DNA of 64,000 bases from an uncultured bacterium (GTDB lineage Bacteria; Edwardsbacteria; CAYGWX01): positions 32,983-96,982 of the forward strand of contig CAYGWX010000003.1 of the NCBI GenBank assembly GCA_964353855.1, read 5' to 3'. Of the stretch, positions 49,223 through 57,792 are shown one piece after another; the stretch's first letter is position 1; every line of letters starts with the position of its first letter. Both the position numbers and the translations under genes were made by a program. Below the pieces are notes generated by a model. It saw only the letters and a list, made by a program, of their open reading frames with translations. It was not told where the DNA came from and searched no databases.

Positions 49223-49959
49223 GTCGAGTACTTGTCATCCTCCCGGCCTTTAACGAAGAGGCATCGGTTGCCAACGTTCTCCGGGGAATAAGAGCCGTTC
49301 TGCCTGAAGCCGATAGGGTCGTTGTCAATGACTGTTCTCTAGACCGGACTTCCGATGTGGCGAGGAGAGCCGGGGCCATGGTTCTGGACCTGCCCGTAAA
49401 CTTGGGTATCGGAGGAGCGATGCAGACGGGCTACCGTTTCGCAGCCGAGAAAGGCTACGACTACGCTCTCCAGGTTGATGCCGACGGACAGCATGATCCC
49501 AAGGATATTCCGCTTCTTTTGAATCCGGTTCTTGAAAGCAAAGCGGATATCGTCATCGGGTCTCGCTACCTTTCTGAGACCGGTTATCGATCCCCCGTTA
49601 TGCGCCGTATCGGAAGCTGGGTATTTTCTTTGGCAGTTTCAACCATCGTCGGGAAACGAATCACGGATACCACATCGGGTTTCCGGGCCTCCAACCAAAG
49701 GGTTATACGTTTCTATGCCGAGCGATATCCCCAAGACTATCCCGAGGTGGAGGCCGTGGTTATGCTTCACCGTGCCGGGTTAAAACTTATGGAAGTCCCG
49801 GTGCAAATGCAACCACGCGTCGGGGGAGACTCCTCCATCTCTTCGCTCAAAGCGGTCTATTACATGATCAAGGTCCCATTAGCGATTTTCATCGGCCTTT
49901 TCCGGTCCGGAAAGGTCGAACATCCGTCTGAAGACCCATCCATGGGAGAACGACCATGA
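49219..49959 (+). CDS. GT2 glycosyltransferase (polyprenyl-phosphate sugar synthase-like)
   Basis: 246 aa GT-A fold with DxD (QVDADGQHD). Confidence 0.75.
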   Translation: MSRVLVILPAFNEEASVANVLRGIRAVLPEADRVVVNDCSLDRTSDVARRAGAMVLDLPVNLGIGGAMQTGYRFAAEKGYDYALQVDADGQHDPKDIPLLLNPVLESKADIVIGSRYLSETGYRSPVMRRIGSWVFSLAVSTIVGKRITDTTSGFRASNQRVIRFYAERYPQDYPEVEAVVMLHRAGLKLMEVPVQMQPRVGGDSSISSLKAVYYMIKVPLAIFIGLFRSGKVEHPSEDPSMGERP

Positions 49960-50345
49960 ACAATTTGATCAGAATACTCTCCGGGGGGCTTAATTACAAG
50001 GTTCAACTCGTGGCCATTCTTGGAAGCCTCCTTCTACTCGGAATCATCCTCGGCCTCGTGCGTAACCGCAGGCTTCGGGAGGAACATTCCCTGCTCTGGA
50101 TCCTCACCGGAATTATCCTCCTTCTTCTTTCCCTGGTTCGTCCGTTGCTGGACATTTTCTCGAACTTGATGGGCATCTACTACCCCCCGACGGCCCTCTT
50201 TCTAATCGGTTTCGGATTTACCCTGCTCATTCTGATGAACTTCTCCGTCTTGGTCTCGGATCTCACAGATAGGAACAAATGTTTGGCTCAGGAGATCGCC
50301 CTTCTAAAACAAGAAGTGGAAGAATTAAAAAAGAAATCGAACTGA
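49956..50345 (+). CDS. DUF2304 family membrane protein (GT2-associated) with C-terminal coiled coil
   Basis: 129 aa with three TM helices and a QEIALLKQEVEELKKK C-terminus. Family assignment is from memory of the conserved GT2-DUF2304 pairing. Confidence 0.55.
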   Translation: MNNLIRILSGGLNYKVQLVAILGSLLLLGIILGLVRNRRLREEHSLLWILTGIILLLLSLVRPLLDIFSNLMGIYYPPTALFLIGFGFTLLILMNFSVLVSDLTDRNKCLAQEIALLKQEVEELKKKSN

Positions 50346-50346
50346 C

Positions 50347-52203
50347 GTGAGCAAGAAGCCTTTGTTCCTGTCCTACGAAAACGAGATCCGGCTTTTCGCC
50401 CTTCTCCTGATCCTGCTCATGCTCCTCGTGAACTGGGGAACTTCCAGCCTTTTCCAAAGGTCGAGTAGCCGGCTGAGGGATCAGGAAGGAGCTCTGCTGC
50501 TGATCGTAGGAGAACTGGCAAGCACCCGCATCCTTGTGGATGCAAGGAGCCTTCTCGACCCCGACTCCAGAAACAGGGTGAACCAGCTATGTAACGACAT
50601 GGCCCTTCGTTATCACCTCCGACGTCTTATAGTTGTGGGTCGGAACAACCAGATTCTCTCCTCGTCCCAGCTAGAGGAGATAGGGAAGAAGCCGGACTGG
50701 CTCGGCCTCTCCACTGACGATGTCGAACGGGCCTGGAGCGGAATGGGAACCTTATCCCGGATGTACCGCAGACTTGGAGAAGGAGACTATCAGAGCTACC
50801 TGGTCCCTCTCCAGACCTCAGGACTCGAGGCAACCTTGGCCCTGATTATAGCGGAAAAGGACCAGAGTTATTTACAGAGACTGAATAGGGACGCCCGGAT
50901 CGAGTTCTTGGTCAGGACCATCAGCTATGGGTTAGCCATCCTGTTCGTGTCCTTCTTCATCGGGGCTATCCTCAGGCCATATCGCCGTATGCGGAAGGCA
51001 GCCGTAGATGTAGTCCCATCCCCGAATGAGGACTCCAAGGACGTGGAGTTCGTGGTTAAAGCCTTCGAGGATACGATCCGCCAACTCCAAGAGAAAGAGA
51101 GGGTTTTAGCCAAGCTTCACGCCGAGGCCGAACGCCGGGCAGGGGACTTGGCCAGGTATAACGAGTACATCTTGGGAAGCATCGCATCGGGTGTGGTGAA
51201 CTGCGATGAAAGGGGAGTGGTTACCTATATGAACCGGGCAGCCAAAGAAGTCCTGGCCCCGCCCCAGAACCCAGAGGCGGGAGTAGGCAAGCACTTGGAA
51301 AGCCTTTTGGACCAGTCAAACGAGGAACTCCTGAAGGCCTTCCTCACCGCCCTCAGGGAACAGGAAAGGGATTACTCCGCAGAGGTGGAATGGGTCAAGG
51401 ACGGGAGGCGGCACTGGATGGGAATTTCCTCCTCTCCTTTGCGGGACGCCGAGGGAAAGTCCATCGGAACCACCTTCCTGCTGAATGACCTGACCGAGAT
51501 CAAGCGACTGCAGGAGGAGATGCTTGTCAAAGGTCGGTTGGCCACCCTGGGCGAAGTCTCGGCAGGGATCGCTCACGAGTTCCGCAATTCCCTGGGAGCG
51601 ATCACTGGCTTCGCGACCCTGCTGCGCAAGAAAACGACGCAAAACGACCCTCGAAGAGAAGTGGTGGAGGGGATCGTGGCCGAGGCTAACCAGTTGGAGG
51701 CCGCCGTATCCCAGTTCCTGAAGTTCGCCTCGCCGGAGCCCCTGCACCTCTCCCCGGTCCGCCTGAACGATCTGATCTCGGAATGCTGCCAAGCGTGCGA
51801 AGAGCGGTGCCGTCAGGCCGGAGTAACTCTCGATCTGTGCCTGTCTCCACAGATCGGGGAGGTTTCCCTGGACGCCGCAATGTTCAAACGCGCTCTCCTG
51901 AACCTCATCCTGAACGGGATCGAGGCCATGCCCGGGAAAGAGGCCGGGAGTCCGGGGGGGACCCTCACTGTGGAGACCCGTCGGGACCCTGATGGAGTCT
52001 CCCTCACGATCACCGACACCGGATGTGGCATCCCCAAAACCGCCCTAGACCGGGTTTTCACACCGTTCTTCACCACCAAGGAGAAAGGCGCGGGCATGGG
52101 CCTGGCCATCGTGCAGAAGATCGTGGTCAGCCACGGGGGCCAGATCGGCTTGGAGAGCGAAGAGGGCCAAGGCACCGCAGTTAAAATTCACCTGTCTTCA
52201 TGA
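50347..52203 (+). CDS. orphan sensor histidine kinase (TM, PAS-like, HisKA, HATPase_c)
   Basis: 618 aa. H-box AHEFRNSLGAI, N/G boxes (NLILNGIEAM, DTGCGIP, GAGMGLAIV). No response regulator adjacent. Confidence 0.8.
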   Translation: MSKKPLFLSYENEIRLFALLLILLMLLVNWGTSSLFQRSSSRLRDQEGALLLIVGELASTRILVDARSLLDPDSRNRVNQLCNDMALRYHLRRLIVVGRNNQILSSSQLEEIGKKPDWLGLSTDDVERAWSGMGTLSRMYRRLGEGDYQSYLVPLQTSGLEATLALIIAEKDQSYLQRLNRDARIEFLVRTISYGLAILFVSFFIGAILRPYRRMRKAAVDVVPSPNEDSKDVEFVVKAFEDTIRQLQEKERVLAKLHAEAERRAGDLARYNEYILGSIASGVVNCDERGVVTYMNRAAKEVLAPPQNPEAGVGKHLESLLDQSNEELLKAFLTALREQERDYSAEVEWVKDGRRHWMGISSSPLRDAEGKSIGTTFLLNDLTEIKRLQEEMLVKGRLATLGEVSAGIAHEFRNSLGAITGFATLLRKKTTQNDPRREVVEGIVAEANQLEAAVSQFLKFASPEPLHLSPVRLNDLISECCQACEERCRQAGVTLDLCLSPQIGEVSLDAAMFKRALLNLILNGIEAMPGKEAGSPGGTLTVETRRDPDGVSLTITDTGCGIPKTALDRVFTPFFTTKEKGAGMGLAIVQKIVVSHGGQIGLESEEGQGTAVKIHLSS

Positions 52204-52449
52204 TAGTAGCAAGACAGGTCTTTTCTCGGTACTTATGGGGGCCTAATGGGTCCCCTTTTCGATTCCTTCACCCGTTCTAACCCAAAACCCCTATATCTTG
52301 GAGCCGTTTTTTTTAAATGGTGAAGACCCACAAGATACAGGGCCCCTTTCCCAAAGGCCGTAAGAGGGTCTGACAAAGCTCGGTTAGGCAGGTTTTCTAT
52401 TGAGATGAAGAAAAGGAGGGAGGTCCGCAAAACCTCCGGAATCCGAGGG

Positions 52450-52495
52450 GGTTTCCGAGGTGTTCACGCCGTATTCACGCCCATTTCACGCCCTC
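52450..52495. repeat. R1 repeat, inverted copy (ttcacgccgta / ttcacgcccat / ttcacgccctc)
   Basis: Reverse complement matches 15058..15103 (21 nt exact plus similar flanks). Confidence 0.6.
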
Positions 52496-52826
52496 CTCCC
52501 CCTTTATCTTGTGGGACCGCTTCGGGAAGGTCATGTGGACCACAAGATGTTGGGGGTGGGGCTCCGGAGCAAGGTCGATATTGACAACCCCTTTACCTTA
52601 CAAGCATTAAGGTTATTAAAACGTTAACCGGGTTCCATTGTGTTCTGTAATGCAACACTGAACTCCCAGGCGACGGGGTTTGATAGCCCGATGAACCTCG
52701 GCCTGCTCGGCGACCCGGCCACCTGCGCGGTGACGGGATAGCTTGACCTTAGAACAAAGGGGTGGGGTGCTCTAAGGGTGGCTCTTGCGTCGGCCAGGGG
52801 TTCTGTGCTAAAATTATCCGGAAACC

Positions 52827-52903
52827 GCCCCTGTAGCTCAGATGGATAGAGCAGCGGTTTCCTAAACCGTTTGTCGCGTGTTCGACTCACGCCAGGGGCA
52901 CCA
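52827..52903 (+). tRNA. tRNA-Arg (anticodon CCT)
   Basis: Manual cloverleaf: acceptor GCCCCTG/CAGGGGC, D-arm GCTC-AGATGGATA-GAGC, anticodon loop TTCCTAA, T-arm GCGTG-TTCGACT-CACGC, CCA encoded. Confidence 0.8.
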
Positions 52904-52970
52904 AAAAGCCAAAGTTAGAGGTGGGACCTAAAAAGTTAGAAATAAACAAAAAGGAGGGGGTGAAGGGGAG

Positions 52971-53654
52971 ATGGCAAAAATGAAAAAGAAGGAGATCAGG
53001 GAGGATAAAATAGGAGAGGCCATGGAGAAGGCTTGGGAATATACCCGGACCCACGTAGAGATCGTGGGCGGGGGAGCCTTGGCCGTGGTCATTATCATCC
53101 TGGCCGGAGTCCTGTTTTTCCAGAACCAGACGAAGTCCGAGGCCGAAGCCCTGCTCCCATTCGACAATGCTCAGGGGCTTTTCCTACAGGCAACCAGCCC
53201 CCAGGACCTCCAGAAGGCCATCGTCCAGTTCGAGGACATCTCCAAGCGCTACGGGGGGACCTCCTCTGGTCGCAAGGCCCTGCTCTATCTGGGCCTCAGC
53301 TACCGCAGACTCGGGGCCTACGATAAGGCCATACCCTATTTTCGAAGCTTCCTGGGAAAGGGGGAGAAGAATGACCTTCTCCGCGCCGCAGGGGAAGAAG
53401 CCCTGGCGGCCAGCTATGAGGATAAAGGTGACTTTCGGGAAGCCGGGAAGCTTTACTCCGAGATGGCCAGACACTTCGCTCCGGAGCCCCTGACCGCCGC
53501 CCGCGCACTCCTTGCCTCCGGGCGCTGCTACGAGGTCCTGAAAGACTTCGCCTCGGCTAAAAAACAGTATCAGGAAATCTTGGACCGCTACCCGACCTCA
53601 CCGCGGAACTACGACGCCAAGGTCGCCTTGGCCATGCTGCCCGCCTCAGAGTGA
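52971..53654 (+). CDS. YfgM-like membrane-anchored TPR-like protein
   Basis: 227 aa: one N-terminal TM helix after a basic segment, then TPR-like helical repeats. Confidence 0.5.
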   Translation: MAKMKKKEIREDKIGEAMEKAWEYTRTHVEIVGGGALAVVIIILAGVLFFQNQTKSEAEALLPFDNAQGLFLQATSPQDLQKAIVQFEDISKRYGGTSSGRKALLYLGLSYRRLGAYDKAIPYFRSFLGKGEKNDLLRAAGEEALAASYEDKGDFREAGKLYSEMARHFAPEPLTAARALLASGRCYEVLKDFASAKKQYQEILDRYPTSPRNYDAKVALAMLPASE

Positions 53655-55750
53655 CCCTTTCGGTCGCCTTCCTCTGGCACCTTCACCAGCCCCTTTACCG
53701 CGACCCGCTCTCCGGGCGTTGGATTCTTCCCTGGGTCCGGCTCCATGCGCTTAAAGATTACTATGACATGGCGGCCATCCTCGGGGAGGTCCCGGAAGTT
53801 GCCCTTAACTTTAATTTCTCCCCCTGCCTCTTGTCCCAGCTTTCGGCCTACGCCTCGGGCCAGGCCGATGAGGTCCTCCGCGATATCGTCTACAAGCCCA
53901 CTCTTTTGCTCAGCGAAGAGGAAAGGGGCTTTCTCCTCAGCGAGGGTTTCCAGGCCAACCCCAGGACCCTGATCGAGCCCCATGCCCGGTACCGCGAGCT
54001 CTTCTTGAAGCGGGGGAGGAGACTGGAGGGAGAGGTTGGCGAGATGCTCGCCAGGTTCTCGGAGCAGGACCTTCGAGACCTGCAGGTCTGGTCCCAACTC
54101 GCCTGGTTTGATCCCTGGTACGCCTCGGGCGACCCTGACCTTTCTTCCCTGATCTCCAAGGAGAAGGGATATACCGAGGAGGACAAGCTCCTGCTTCAAA
54201 AAAAGGAGCAGGAACTCCTCGTTAGAATCCTCCCGACTTACCGTGAACTCTGGGAACAGGGGAGGTTAGAGCTCACTGTCAGCCCTTACTATCACCCCAT
54301 ACTGCCCCTCCTGGCTGACAGCGATGTCTCCAAAGAGTGTATGCCTCAGGCTAGGCTGCCCCAGCAGTTCGCCCATCCCGAAGATGCTCTCCACCATCTG
54401 GAAAGGGCAGCCAAGGCCGTGGAACAGATCTTCGGAAAGAGACCAACGGGACTCTGGCCTTCGGAAGGCGCGGTTAGCGCAGGCATCCTTCCCCTTGTCT
54501 CCCAGGCAGGGTTTGATTGGCTGGCCACGGATGAGGACATCCTGAGAAATTCCCTTCCGGAGGGAAGAAGCTTCAAACCTGATGACCTTTATTCCCCCTG
54601 GAATGTGGAAGTAGGGGAGGGTAGAATGACCCTCCTGTTTCGGAACAAAACTCTCTCTGACCTCATCGGGTTTGAATATTCGCGTTGGCCGACCGAGAAG
54701 GCGGTAGAAGACTTCATGGAACGCCTGAGGGAGATTCAAAGACAGGAAGCTGAAGGAAAACTGGAAAACCCGCTCGTCCTGATCGCCTTGGATGGCGAGA
54801 ATGCCTGGGAATACTATCCCCGGGACGGAAGAGAGTTTCTACTCGCCTTGTATCGTGCATTAAGCAGAGAGAAAGACATCCGGACAGTAAGAATCAGCGA
54901 ATATCTTAACGTTCAACCCCAGGCTTCGCGCAAACTTTTCAGGCTTTTTCCCGGTTCATGGATTAACAACGACTTCTCCACATGGATTGGAAGCGAGGCC
55001 CACAACCAGGCTTGGACCCTTCTCAGGGTGGCCCGTGAGGCCGTGGTCCGGGCCGGAGGTCCGGGGGAAGCCTGGGAACCCTTGTATGCGGCCGAGGGCA
55101 GCGACTGGTTCTGGTGGTACAGCGGAAGACATTCCAGCACACACCTCGCGGAGTTCGATCTCCTGTTCCGGCATCACTTGATCGAGGCCTACAAGAAGGC
55201 CGTGCTCCCTCCGCCCGCCGAACTCTACGAGCCCATCGTCCGTCCCCACGACGTCCGGCGAGGTCACGACCGGGAGCCAAGAGGGGCCATTCACCCAGTC
55301 CTGGACGGAAAGGTCAGCGACTACTACGAGTGGAAGGAAGCCGGACGCTACGACCTCCGTTGGGGGGGAGCGATGCCTTACCCGCGGGGGCTCCTGACCG
55401 AACTCCTCTACGGGAAGGATAAGGAAAACCTCTACCTGGGCCTGTTTTTCTCCCGGCTGAGCCCGAAGGAGGAGGAAAGGCTTATCGTAATTCTGGAAGT
55501 TATCGAGCCCGTCCCCATGCGACTTCCCCTGCTTCGCGAAATGAACGCCCAGCCTCCTTGCTCTGGGACTCTGGGAAAGATTCTGGAGGTCGCTGTGCCC
55601 TTCAAAGTCCTGGGCGTCTCTTCTGGCAAGACTCTTTCATTTTTCCTCGATATAAGCCTGGAGGGTGGGGAAGAGGAGCGTTATCCCGAGGAGCCGGTCC
55701 TGATCCTGCCCTTTGACGAGGCCCAAGGGGAAACTCAGTGGATTGCCTGA
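53651..55750 (+). CDS. glycoside hydrolase family 57 protein (alpha-amylase/branching-enzyme-like)
   Basis: 699 aa with the N-terminal WHLHQPLY motif characteristic of GH57. Confidence 0.75.
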   Translation: MTLSVAFLWHLHQPLYRDPLSGRWILPWVRLHALKDYYDMAAILGEVPEVALNFNFSPCLLSQLSAYASGQADEVLRDIVYKPTLLLSEEERGFLLSEGFQANPRTLIEPHARYRELFLKRGRRLEGEVGEMLARFSEQDLRDLQVWSQLAWFDPWYASGDPDLSSLISKEKGYTEEDKLLLQKKEQELLVRILPTYRELWEQGRLELTVSPYYHPILPLLADSDVSKECMPQARLPQQFAHPEDALHHLERAAKAVEQIFGKRPTGLWPSEGAVSAGILPLVSQAGFDWLATDEDILRNSLPEGRSFKPDDLYSPWNVEVGEGRMTLLFRNKTLSDLIGFEYSRWPTEKAVEDFMERLREIQRQEAEGKLENPLVLIALDGENAWEYYPRDGREFLLALYRALSREKDIRTVRISEYLNVQPQASRKLFRLFPGSWINNDFSTWIGSEAHNQAWTLLRVAREAVVRAGGPGEAWEPLYAAEGSDWFWWYSGRHSSTHLAEFDLLFRHHLIEAYKKAVLPPPAELYEPIVRPHDVRRGHDREPRGAIHPVLDGKVSDYYEWKEAGRYDLRWGGAMPYPRGLLTELLYGKDKENLYLGLFFSRLSPKEEERLIVILEVIEPVPMRLPLLREMNAQPPCSGTLGKILEVAVPFKVLGVSSGKTLSFFLDISLEGGEEERYPEEPVLILPFDEAQGETQWIA

Positions 55751-55798
55751 AGGGGGCAATGCCGCCAGGAGAGAAGTCACCTCCAAAATCCTTTGTCC

Positions 55799-55828
55799 TT
55801 GACATGAGGGGACAAATTATGGTAACCT
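55799..55828 (+). promoter_or_regulatory. sigma70-like promoter (TTGACA-18-TAACCT) for the small-membrane-protein cassette
   Basis: Consensus -35. The -10 matches TAnnnT. Confidence 0.4.
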
Positions 55829-55844
55829 ATTTAACATAAGGCTT

Positions 55845-56261
55845 ATGCCGATCGAACAACCTCACAGCCGACAGGACGTTTCCGAGGGGGCGTTTCTGGC
55901 CGCCATCGGCTATTTTAATGTGCTCTGCCTGATTCCCCTCCTTCTTCAGCCAAACAACAAGTACTCCAGGTACCACGCCAAGCAGGGGCTGGTTCTTTTC
56001 GCGGCGGAGGTCGTCTTAGGGGTGGGTGGTGTCATCCTCTTCTGGCTCACACACCTGATCTTCGGACTTATCCTGATTCATATTCCGGTCCTCGGGGAGT
56101 TCCTTAATTTCATCATCAACGTGCTCGTTTTCTGGGTTTTCTGGGGAATGCTGGTGGCAGGAAGTTTTGCTTTTTCGGTCATCGGGGCCTACAACGCCTG
56201 GGGCGGCAATCTCTGGCAGATGCCGCTCCTGTGGTACTATGCCAGACGACTAAAGTTTTAA
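55845..56261 (+). CDS. DUF4870 family membrane protein
   Basis: 138 aa with the YHAKQGLVL motif and 3-4 TM helices. Confidence 0.6.
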   Translation: MPIEQPHSRQDVSEGAFLAAIGYFNVLCLIPLLLQPNNKYSRYHAKQGLVLFAAEVVLGVGGVILFWLTHLIFGLILIHIPVLGEFLNFIINVLVFWVFWGMLVAGSFAFSVIGAYNAWGGNLWQMPLLWYYARRLKF

Positions 56262-56285
56262 CCAAACCACAAGGAGGAAAATCTC

Positions 56286-56612
56286 GTGGCAGACGCAACG
56301 GTTGATCCAGATGTCCAAGACGGTAAGGCTTTAGCTTGGCTTTCTTACCTCGGAATCCTGTTCCTGATTCCGCTCCTGGCAAAGAAGGAAAACAAATTTT
56401 GTCAGTTCCATGCCAAGCAGGGGCTGGTGTTGTTGATCGCTGAGATCATCATCTCGATCGTGTTCGTGATTCCGATCTTGGGTTGGATCGTCGGCGCCTT
56501 GGGTTACATCTTTGTTTGGATCATGGCGATCATCGGCATCATCCAGTCTGCGACCGGAAAGTACTGGAAGATGCCCGTCTTAGGCGGTTTCGCTGAGAAG
56601 TTCAACTTCTAA
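56286..56612 (+). CDS. DUF4870 family membrane protein (paralog)
   Basis: 108 aa with the FHAKQGLVLL motif. Confidence 0.6.
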   Translation: MADATVDPDVQDGKALAWLSYLGILFLIPLLAKKENKFCQFHAKQGLVLLIAEIIISIVFVIPILGWIVGALGYIFVWIMAIIGIIQSATGKYWKMPVLGGFAEKFNF

Positions 56613-56639
56613 CGATTCTCGACTACAAGGAGGTTCACA

Positions 56640-56969
56640 GTGAAGAGACTCTGGATGCTCATCGGTTCTTTGTCCGTTCCTGCAGCCCTCTTGGCTCAGG
56701 GAACCACTACAGAGCCCTCTGCCAACCCACTTGCTGCCCTGTTGGGGGGTGGCCTCTGTATGGTTGTCTGGCTGGTTTCCTTCGTCATTGCCATCCTGCT
56801 TATGATCTGGGTGTATAAGGATGCCAAGGCTCGGGGACAGAACGCAGTCCTCTGGCTCATCCTGACCTTTTTCTTCGGAATTGTTGCCCTCATCGTCTGG
56901 CTGATCATCCGCCCAAAGGCGAAGGTTGGGGAGGCTCCAAAACCTCCGGAACCATCTAAACCAGCTTAA
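56640..56969 (+). CDS. PLDc_N-like small membrane protein (signal peptide plus VYKDAKARG...W..FG...WL motif)
   Basis: 109 aa. Pattern resembles the cardiolipin-synthase N-terminal domain family, but the assignment is tentative. Confidence 0.45.
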   Translation: MKRLWMLIGSLSVPAALLAQGTTTEPSANPLAALLGGGLCMVVWLVSFVIAILLMIWVYKDAKARGQNAVLWLILTFFFGIVALIVWLIIRPKAKVGEAPKPPEPSKPA

Positions 56970-56977
56970 AGACAAAA

Positions 56978-57007
56978 AATAAAGACAGCTTTCAAGCTGT
57001 CTTTATT
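56978..57007. terminator. Bidirectional terminator hairpin between convergent genes
   Basis: aataaagacagc-tttcaa-gctgtctttatt 12-bp stem. A T-tract follows on the minus-strand reading (ttattttttgtct) and a T-rich tail on the plus strand. Confidence 0.6.
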
Positions 57008-57058
57008 ACTACACAATATACCGATAACGTATATTATGTCTATATATCTTCATATAAT

Positions 57059-57095
57059 ACAAGGCTCTGATTTCCAAGCCTTGTCTTATTTCTGC
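57059..57095 (-). terminator. Hairpin immediately downstream of the minus-strand Zn-ribbon gene
   Basis: acaaggct-10 nt-agccttgt stem with AT-rich flanks. Confidence 0.35.
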
Positions 57096-57108
57096 AGTTT
57101 CCCCCTTT

Positions 57109-57792
57109 CTACGTTTGAGCTCCTATAAGCTCCCTCCCACATTTTTCACAGTACCAGTTGTCGTGTCGATTTGGTGTGCCGCAGGTTGGACACTTAATGG
57201 ATTGACCATCCTCCTCGGGCTCAGAGGTTTCCTGAATAGCTACAGCCTCTTTCTCCTTAGATGTCTTGGAAGGTGTTTCCTTTGTTGGCTTCTTTTCTGG
57301 AATGGCATGTTTCTCGAACTCGGGCGGTGGGGCTTCCGGATTCAAAAGCTGGGAAACCGTGGCGATCTTTTGCTCAAGGTCCTGGAGACGCGAGACAATG
57401 GCTTTTAATTCCGCCATCTTCGCCTCTTCAAGCGTTTCTTTAAGATCCCCTACAAATTCGCCAACAAGATGCCTGAGTTCTACTTCTTCCATTGCGTCGT
57501 CTATCTTGCTCTTTTCCTCCAGAACGCCCTTTCGTTCATCTTCCAGCCGGTCAAGTTGAGCTTTGAGGCCAGAACTTTTTTCAGTCAGGGATACTTCCGC
57601 TTGGTCCAGCTTGGTCTGGTAGTCCCTGCGGACTTTTTCAACGATCTCAGGTTTAGCCGCCCCCTTCTTCTCGTCAAGCTTCTGGAGCCTTACCTTGAGT
57701 TCGGCCCGTTCTTTGTGCAGACGCTGGATCTCGACGACATCAGCCTCTTGGGTCATGGCCACGGCTTCGGGGTCACGAATCACTTCAGCCAT
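57109..57792 (-). CDS. coiled-coil protein with C-terminal zinc ribbon (CPTCG...CEKCG)
   Basis: 227 aa. Its start overlaps the holA 3' end by 13 nt. Long charged heptad-like region, then 2x CxxC. Confidence 0.55.
   Translation of the reverse strand: MAEVIRDPEAVAMTQEADVVEIQRLHKERAELKVRLQKLDEKKGAAKPEIVEKVRRDYQTKLDQAEVSLTEKSSGLKAQLDRLEDERKGVLEEKSKIDDAMEEVELRHLVGEFVGDLKETLEEAKMAELKAIVSRLQDLEQKIATVSQLLNPEAPPPEFEKHAIPEKKPTKETPSKTSKEKEAVAIQETSEPEEDGQSIKCPTCGTPNRHDNWYCEKCGRELIGAQT

Noticed and set aside
52405-52581. 58-aa ORF (MKKRREVRKTSGIRGGFRGVH...) in the noncoding region upstream of tRNA-Arg
   Set aside because: Arg/Gly/Pro low-complexity translation that runs across the R1 repeat and the inverted repeats. 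More likely noncoding.
52620-52826. Possible SRP RNA / RNase P RNA / tmRNA in the GC-rich noncoding stretch before tRNA-Arg
   Set aside because: I could not find the conserved SRP domain IV motif, the RNase P P4 (GGAAAGUCCGGGCUCC) motif, or a tmRNA 5' end. Left unassigned.
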